The translations under genes and the position numbers were made by a program. The notes under the pieces are model-generated. The model saw only the letters and a list, made by a program, of their open reading frames with translations, made no database searches and had not been told where the DNA came from. From positions 881 to 64,880 of the forward strand of contig DATJZF010000030.1 of the NCBI GenBank assembly GCA_035499255.1: a stretch of 64,000 nt of DNA, given 5' to 3'. This DNA comes from Dongiaceae bacterium. GTDB lineage: Bacteria > Acidobacteriota > Terriglobia > Acidiferrales > UBA7541. Within the stretch, counting starts at the first letter, position 1. Each line of letters starts with the position of its first letter. Below are positions 59,101-64,000 of the stretch, one piece after another.

Positions 59101-59454
59101 TTCACCAGGCTGAAGAACGACGTCGGCACGGCGCTCGGCCGACACATCGACTCTTACATTGGTAACGGAAGCGAGCTTAAACCCGCTCTTCTCCACTGTG
59201 ATGGTGTAGTTGCCTATGGGCAGCTCCGGGACGGAGTAGTCACCGCTGTCACCAGTGACAACAGTGCGGGTGAGGCCGGTGTCGGTATTTTTAATGGTAA
59301 CGGAAGCGCCCGGGACGGCAGCACCCGAGGAGTCCGTGACCGTGCCGAGGATGGTGCCGCGGAAGGTTTGCGCCGAGGAAATCGCTCCACCAAGGAATGC
59401 GAGCGTCATCAGCAAACACACTACCAGACCCAGGCCGCGCGAAAACCTGTTCAT
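56101..59454 (-). CDS. TonB-dependent receptor (Oar-like, N-terminal carboxypeptidase-regulatory domain)
   Basis: Signal peptide, GTVTDSSGA, LPVNGR, TKSGTN.FHG, NLGLRYD and C-terminal KFTF; ATG 59454 behind AGGAG. Confidence 0.92.
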   Translation of the reverse strand: MNRFSRGLGLVVCLLMTLAFLGGAISSAQTFRGTILGTVTDSSGAAVPGASVTIKNTDTGLTRTVVTGDSGDYSVPELPIGNYTITVEKSGFKLASVTNVRVDVSAERRADVVLQPGEVAQRVEVVGEDLPMVESTSNTLGGVIETKTVANLPVNGRDYQKLILLVPGAAAAPDGISDSPGSYGTLSVNGARGRSNNYLLDGTDMNDGYRNDPAINEAGVFGTPATILPIESIAELHVASNFEAEYGRSAGAAINIVTKSGTNQFHGSAFDYFRNTALNARNYFDVASAGSQQPFHLNQFGGAIGGPIYHDKTFFYVDYEGMRETGAEASPACVPTQANILANAPTPGDLSSINPVIQKLLALNPWPAPTDPAIDCYDNGGTNAALATPFSNRVDSAIVKIDHNFNKDNLLTGRYYIGDSLQLFPLALTGGGLLPNYNTSTPTRVQLVSISYVSVLTPNVVNESRIGWNRFAEGFFSEDRSFDPSTIDLNTVGLGTPNNNNPYNFGMPVINVSRLPQLGADKADPRQRVDSNWHFIDNISWKSGKHDIKFGYEFRRTTVSQIFNRTFRGRLRFQGTDTTNSLQDFLAGTPTAGTQGSGDTNRNTFENSHAFYLQDSYRLSSRVTVNLGLRYDYFGIVQEKHEMFNNVDPTTGAAFAVGPGRLYEPDYNNWAPRLSVAWDVTGKQKTVIRAGYGVFYDATSQDMFLGHLPYSSSFDPGPAYSGLPGVGQVSFASPVSVIQPNVPVFGFATPMGDAFGIDPHIRTPYLQNYNLNIQQQLSRKMVLQVGYVGSHGSKLWDFRDINQPGQAAITSADLGCDCTGIVPRRLTGDTVPTYIYWQESAAKSNYNALQTSLHIDNWHGFTSMLNYTWSHSIDTASDGEDYVPNAAQPTDSTNPISNRGNSNFDVRNRLTWNFIYQLPDSKDTRMKWLRNGWGLNGILTVQSGNPFHMIIETDDFDGAGTFFPKPDVVGPIRYNYGDPNRFLDLTSFAVPCTYSGTDQLADSCQPGTRHFGNLGRNSLLGPAFRQLDLSLFKNTNITERLKMELRFEAYNLFNHPNFASPLWPNFLSDPTYASSIGNNGRFSGYLPLTVTADVGIGYPVIGGGGPRSMQISAKFTF

Positions 59455-59709
59455 CTTGCTTCTCCTTGAAATGCTCAAAATGACATCTCACCCCGAGAGT
59501 CAGACACCTTCCCCGAAAGGGCCTTGGAAGCACCAAAGTGGTGGAAGCAACATACTCAGGAGCAGGGGACGAATCAAGCGTTCGAGCATCGATTGTTTCT
59601 ATAGCAACGATACGGTTCCGAGGAGCAAACTCGCCACCTCGGCACGAATAAGGTAGATTGAAGGATTGAGCTCCACCAGGCGAAATTGCCAGTGGCAGCT
59701 TCAGTCCTT

Positions 59710-61152
59710 ATGCCCGCAAAATTGCCATCCTTGGTGATCGTCGGCCGCCCGAATGTGGGCAAATCGACGCTGTTCAACCGGCTGACGAGGACCCGGCGCG
59801 CCATCGTGACTGACGAACCGGGGATCACTCGCGACCGAATCTATGGGAAGTGCGAATGGCGAGGAAAAGCGATCGAAATCGTCGATACCGGCGGAATTAT
59901 CCCGGATGACAAGGCGCTGATCCCAAGTGAAATCTTCCGGCAAGCACGCGTGGCGTTTGAAAAGGCCGCGTTACTGGTGCTGGTGGTGGATGGCTCGGCG
60001 GGGTTGACACCGCTGGATGAAGAACTGGCACGGCTGCTGCGGGGAACAGGCAAGCCATTTGTGGTGGCGGTGAACAAGGTCGATTCGAATGTGCAGGAAG
60101 TGAATGCGGCGGTGTTTCACCGCTTGGGTGCTCCCGTATTTGCGGTTTCTGCCGAGCACGGCACAGGCGTGGACGATTTGCTGGACGCGGCGCTGGAGCA
60201 AACGTCGACGCAGCCCATAAGCGAAGAGCGAGTCGAGACTAAACCGATCGAGATAGCCATCATCGGGCGTCCCAATGTGGGGAAATCGACGCTGTTGAAC
60301 CGGATGGCGGGGGAAGAGCGCTCAATCGTTTCGCCGATTCCGGGAACCACGATGGATAGCGTTGACACGCATGTCCTGCGGAATGGGCGGTTGTATCGGT
60401 TCGTGGACACAGCGGGGATTCGAAGGAAGGGCAAGACGAACCTGGTGGCGGAGAAGTTGAGTGTAGTGATGGCGCGGCGAGGGCTGGAGCGCGCGGACGT
60501 GGCGATTCTGGTGGTTGATGGCGCAACGGGAGTAACGCAAGGTGATGCGACGATCGCAAGCTACGCGGAGCAGTCCGGGCGTTCGGTGATTATCGTGGTG
60601 AACAAGTGGGACCTGGCGGTAGAAGCCGCGCAGACGGCGGCGGATGAAGCGGCGAAATCCGCAAAGGGCAAGAAGCAGGCGCAAGAGGGCGGCGGGATGA
60701 TCCGGCGCGAAGTTGATAAAGGGAAATTGCTGTTCGAGTATGAAAAGATCGTGAAAGAGAAGTTCAAGTTTTTGAGTTATGCGCCGGTGGTGTTTCTGTC
60801 AGCCAAGACGGGCGAACGAGCACAGAAATTGTACGCCTTGATCGACGAGGTGGCGGCGGCGCGGGTGAAGAAGATTCCGACGCCGGAGTTGAACCGCTGG
60901 TTGAAGGAAGAAGTGGATTTGGAGCGCGCCTCGAATCCGAAGGCGCGGCCGATTCGGATTTACTACATCACTCAGGCAAAAATCGCGCCGCCGGTATTTT
61001 TGCTGTTTACGAACCAGAAGAAACCGCTGCACTTCAGCTTTGAGCGATTCCTGGAGAACCAAGTGCGCGCCAAATGGGATTTTGCGGGCACGCCGATGCG
61101 GTTTATACAGAGATTGAAGAAGCGCGGGGAACGCGGAAGGGGCGAAGAGTGA
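59710..61152 (+). CDS. der: Ribosome biogenesis GTPase Der (EngA)
   Basis: Two GRPNVGKS, DTGG/DTAG, NKVD/NKWD and a KH-like C-terminus. Confidence 0.97.
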   Translation: MPAKLPSLVIVGRPNVGKSTLFNRLTRTRRAIVTDEPGITRDRIYGKCEWRGKAIEIVDTGGIIPDDKALIPSEIFRQARVAFEKAALLVLVVDGSAGLTPLDEELARLLRGTGKPFVVAVNKVDSNVQEVNAAVFHRLGAPVFAVSAEHGTGVDDLLDAALEQTSTQPISEERVETKPIEIAIIGRPNVGKSTLLNRMAGEERSIVSPIPGTTMDSVDTHVLRNGRLYRFVDTAGIRRKGKTNLVAEKLSVVMARRGLERADVAILVVDGATGVTQGDATIASYAEQSGRSVIIVVNKWDLAVEAAQTAADEAAKSAKGKKQAQEGGGMIRREVDKGKLLFEYEKIVKEKFKFLSYAPVVFLSAKTGERAQKLYALIDEVAAARVKKIPTPELNRWLKEEVDLERASNPKARPIRIYYITQAKIAPPVFLLFTNQKKPLHFSFERFLENQVRAKWDFAGTPMRFIQRLKKRGERGRGEE

Positions 61153-61233
61153 CGCGCTGTAACCGGTAGCGAGGAAGTTGACTTCGACGCGTTTTGACCT
61201 AGGATGGGGAACGGAAGCGGCGCAAGAGGAAAG

Positions 61234-61665
61234 ATGGACGAGGAATCGAATTTGAGCAGCCCCGCCAGCGCAAACGTTCCCGAGCAGCCAGAGAAGGTAG
61301 ACGGCTACTATCAAATCGGGGATGTGAGCCGGCTCGCGAATGTGAAGCCGTTCGTGCTGCGCTTCTGGGAAGAAGAGTTTCCTATGCTCCAACCCATTAA
61401 AAGCTTGAGTGGGCGGCGTCTGTACCGCCAGGAAGATGTTGATTTGATTCTGAAGATCCGGCGGCTGCTGTACGATGAGGGCTTTACCATCGCGGGGGCG
61501 CGGCGATTCCTGCAAGACACGGAGAACGGAACCGCGGAGCCAAACGCTAAAGGCGAAGAGCCGCTGCCGTCGGCAGAAAGCACCACAGCGGAATTGAACA
61601 GGAAAATGCTGCTGGATCTAAGGGATAGCTTGCGCAGTTTCTTGACGCTTCTCGAACGCAAGTGA
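61234..61665 (+). CDS. MerR family transcriptional regulator
   Basis: YQIGDVS...VLRFWEEEF...GRRLY...GFTIAGA; ATG 61234 behind GAGGA. Confidence 0.9.
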   Translation: MDEESNLSSPASANVPEQPEKVDGYYQIGDVSRLANVKPFVLRFWEEEFPMLQPIKSLSGRRLYRQEDVDLILKIRRLLYDEGFTIAGARRFLQDTENGTAEPNAKGEEPLPSAESTTAELNRKMLLDLRDSLRSFLTLLERK

Positions 61666-61713
61666 TAGCCTTGAAATTGCGATAAGCCGCGATTTCCGCG
61701 GCGTCCAGCCAGT

Positions 61714-61790
61714 CGGGACGTAGCGCAGTCTGGTAGCGCGCACGCTTGGGGTGCGTGAGGTCGCGAGTTCAAATCTCGCCGTCCCGACCA
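61714..61790 (+). tRNA. tRNA-Pro(GGG)
   Basis: CGGGACGTAGCGCAGTCTGGTAGCGCG-CACGC-TTGGGGT-GCGTG...GTTCAAATC...CCA. Confidence 0.96.
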
Positions 61791-61830
61791 TTCCTTTTTT
61801 ATAAATCTCGTTTAATCCCGGAAAAGGCTC

Positions 61831-62355
61831 TTATTGGTCCTGCGCCTGGACGATGGGAAGCTGGGACGCGAGTTGGATGTCGATCATCATCTGGATACGG
61901 CGTTCGAGTTGGAAAAAGGTGGCGGTCTTTTTGCCGGGGAGCACCTTGTTGATGACGGGGACGTACTTGGCGCGAAGGGCGGAAACCTGCGAATCCACAG
62001 CTAACCAACGATTCGTGTAATCGAGAGCTTGGGCGTCGGTCATGCTGCCCCAGTTGTCTGCATACTCCTTAATAAGCTGGTATTTCTGGTTGTTAATCGC
62101 GACCAGGTCAGCGGTGTACTGATCGTAAACGGGCCAGAACTTGGTGGATTCGTCGTCGGTGAGTTTGAGGTTCGCGGCGATGAGCTGCTTTTTCTTCGAA
62201 CGAATGTCTTGCCGCAGCAATTGAATGTTCTGATCAACGGCTTTCTGTGAATCGTCGCTCGCGGAAGATGACGCGGCAGCTTGCGCCTGCGCTTTCGGCG
62301 TGACCAACAATAACGCGCCGCTTAAAACGAAAAGTATTCCTAGATTCTTTTTCAT
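61831..62355 (-). CDS. Exported helical hypothetical protein
   Basis: ATG 62355 behind AAGGAG; signal peptide; LKLT..E..KFWPVY pattern. Confidence 0.75.
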   Translation of the reverse strand: MKKNLGILFVLSGALLLVTPKAQAQAAASSSASDDSQKAVDQNIQLLRQDIRSKKKQLIAANLKLTDDESTKFWPVYDQYTADLVAINNQKYQLIKEYADNWGSMTDAQALDYTNRWLAVDSQVSALRAKYVPVINKVLPGKKTATFFQLERRIQMMIDIQLASQLPIVQAQDQ

Positions 62356-62668
62356 AACAGGTCTCCTTCGGTTGTGTGCCAGCCGGGTCGCAGGGCAGGC
62401 GCAGACACTCTTGGCTTCGCAAGGCTTCGGAATGGCCGGTAGAAGCTGTTGGCAAATCGAGGCGACAGTATTAAAAACAATCTCCGCTTGAGCGGAAGAG
62501 GAGACCTGTGTAACAACTTCAAGGACCGGCGTGGGAGAAAGAGTACGGTCTTTTCGAAAATTACTCAAGGAAGGAATCTCACCTCGCGAGCTCGACTGTG
62601 TTTCGCAGGGGTAGAAGTTGTACAATCCGCAGTAACAACGAAGTTCATTTCCGCACGAGGGAGAACCC

Positions 62669-63202
62669 ATGAAATTGCGCCCCTGCACACTTCTGCTTTC
62701 CGCATTGGCATTCGTGTTTTTGATGACAGCCGCCGCACAAACTCAAAAGGCGCCGGCAAAAGAAGGAATACTGAGCGCGGCCGACGTTGGAGGCAAACTC
62801 TTTCCGGACAAAGTTTTCTTCCGTGGCCAAGTGGCCCCGGTGCAAGCAAGGAACTCGGGCGGTGTGCGTTTTGGCGATGAACTGCTGGTGATGGCGGCGC
62901 TGGTGGATTCTTCCGGGTATGCCAGTGGCATCAAAGAGAAGTATCAGGGCTATCTGATCACCGAAGTTCCGCTTGAGGTAAATGGACAGTCGCTAAAACC
63001 CGGCGCCTACGGTTTCGGATTCATCGAGAACGATCAATTCGTATTGATGGATGTAGGGGCCAACGAACTCTTCAAGGCCAGTTCAAAGAAGGACACCGAA
63101 ATCAAACATCCAGTGCCGCTGCAAGTCGTGGCGGGTTCAACCGCGGGAGTATACCGGCTGTATAAAGGGAGGGATTACGTGGAGATTCATCGTGTGAAGT
63201 GA
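62669..63202 (+). CDS. Exported hypothetical protein
   Basis: GAGGGAG RBS, signal peptide ending AAAQ, LKPGAYGFG. Confidence 0.75.
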   Translation: MKLRPCTLLLSALAFVFLMTAAAQTQKAPAKEGILSAADVGGKLFPDKVFFRGQVAPVQARNSGGVRFGDELLVMAALVDSSGYASGIKEKYQGYLITEVPLEVNGQSLKPGAYGFGFIENDQFVLMDVGANELFKASSKKDTEIKHPVPLQVVAGSTAGVYRLYKGRDYVEIHRVK

Positions 63203-63261
63203 AGGACCAGAAGACGAGTGGACGGTCGGCCGTTTGCAGTTCGTGATCTTCAGAAAATCAG

Positions 63262-63298
63262 ACAGGGGGCTGGTCATCAGCCCCCTGTTCGCGTTTTT
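63262..63298. terminator. Bidirectional terminator
   Basis: ACAGGGGGCTG-GTCAT-CAGCCCCCTGT between convergent genes. Confidence 0.7.
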
Positions 63299-63314
63299 GA
63301 TTGTGTACGTGTGC

Positions 63315-64000
63315 CTAGGCGTTTTTGATCTGGCCTGATGCCGCATCCCAAATCACCTGGCTCTGGCGAAAATAGGATTCGTTAGCCATATGGCAGGCGA
63401 GCGCTGCGTGATGGCCGAACGTCGCATCCTCGGGCAACGATTTGCGAGAACGAACCGCCTCGAAGTAGGCCCACATGTGCGGGCGCTGGTCGTCCCAATC
63501 GTCCCCTTTGTAGGTGAATGACTCGAACAATGGCTCTTGTCCGGGCTTGGCATCGTGGTCGTCATGCCACTTTTTGAAGTAAGCGTCGCGCATTTCACGT
63601 GGGAAGGAGTACGCATAGTAGCTCGGCGCGGTGTCTTCGCCCGTTTGCGGATAAAGGGCCATGCCGAATTCAGTGACCTCGAGAATTCCCTTGGAGCCCT
63701 GGAAGCGATACGTCTCGGGAGTTTCACAGCCGAGATTCAGGCGGAGATACACGGGGATTTTCCCGTACTGATAGAGGGCGGCCTGCACGTCAGGCATGTT
63801 GCGCCCGTCCGGGAAGCGAAGGATCCCGCCGTAAGCGGTGCAGCGATCCGGCGGCTGATTCCAGCCGAGCATGAAGTTCATGCCGCTGACAAGGTGAACG
63901 AGCAGGTCGCCGGCGACGCCGGTACCGTATTCCTTCCAGCAGCGCCAGCGCGCGAAGATCTCACCCTTGAATGGAACTTTCGGAACGGTCCCCTGCCAGG
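63315..64000 (-). CDS. Gfo/Idh/MocA family oxidoreductase, C-terminal part (runs off the window)
   Basis: Frame open to the window edge: WRCWKEYGTGVAGDLLVH...HMWAYFEAVRSR...CHMANES. Confidence 0.85.
   Translation of the reverse strand, partial: WQGTVPKVPFKGEIFARWRCWKEYGTGVAGDLLVHLVSGMNFMLGWNQPPDRCTAYGGILRFPDGRNMPDVQAALYQYGKIPVYLRLNLGCETPETYRFQGSKGILEVTEFGMALYPQTGEDTAPSYYAYSFPREMRDAYFKKWHDDHDAKPGQEPLFESFTYKGDDWDDQRPHMWAYFEAVRSRKSLPEDATFGHHAALACHMANESYFRQSQVIWDAASGQIKNA

Noticed and set aside
61714-61830. tRNA-Pro as the integration site of a genomic island
   Set aside because: An AT-rich tail follows the tRNA, but no integrase or duplicated tRNA 3' end is visible within the window.

Overview
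Mostly housekeeping chromosome of a GC-rich bacterium, probably Acidobacteriota. That assignment is inferred from the gene repertoire (Oar-like TonB-dependent receptor, zf-HC2/HEAT anti-sigma, DUF4097 and PDZ proteins, DUF5666-like lipoprotein). All protein calls come from visible motifs; no searches were run. Core content: a four-tRNA cluster (Thr-Tyr-Thr-Gly), thiL, PBP1A, dnaK-dnaJ-hspR with a HAIR operator on the -35 box, rpsA-ihfB, recG-rsmD, queD/E/C, a DinG helicase, der, and merR-tRNA-Pro. The main discovery is a complete lasso-peptide (RiPP) cluster at 39396-46216. On the minus strand it runs RRE (B1), B2 peptidase, lasso cyclase, precursor, HPr-kinase-like kinase, nucleotidyltransferase, with a divergent ABC-2 exporter. 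The 51-aa precursor (41668-41823, minus) is absent from the supplied ORF track. It has an exact YxxPxLxxxGxxxxxT leader and a predicted core NVGIKGHLDGGSQLLKRRTGR with an Asn1-Asp9 ring, no aromatic residues and a cationic tail. It lacks the C-terminal Ser modified by characterised lasso kinases, so the tailoring chemistry may be new. Secondary oddities include an internally duplicated CPBP protease upstream of an ECF module, an anti-sigma/bactofilin-like fusion with an internal signal peptide, a degenerate UvrC paralogue, a heptamer-repeat palindrome, and leaderless-gene signatures.
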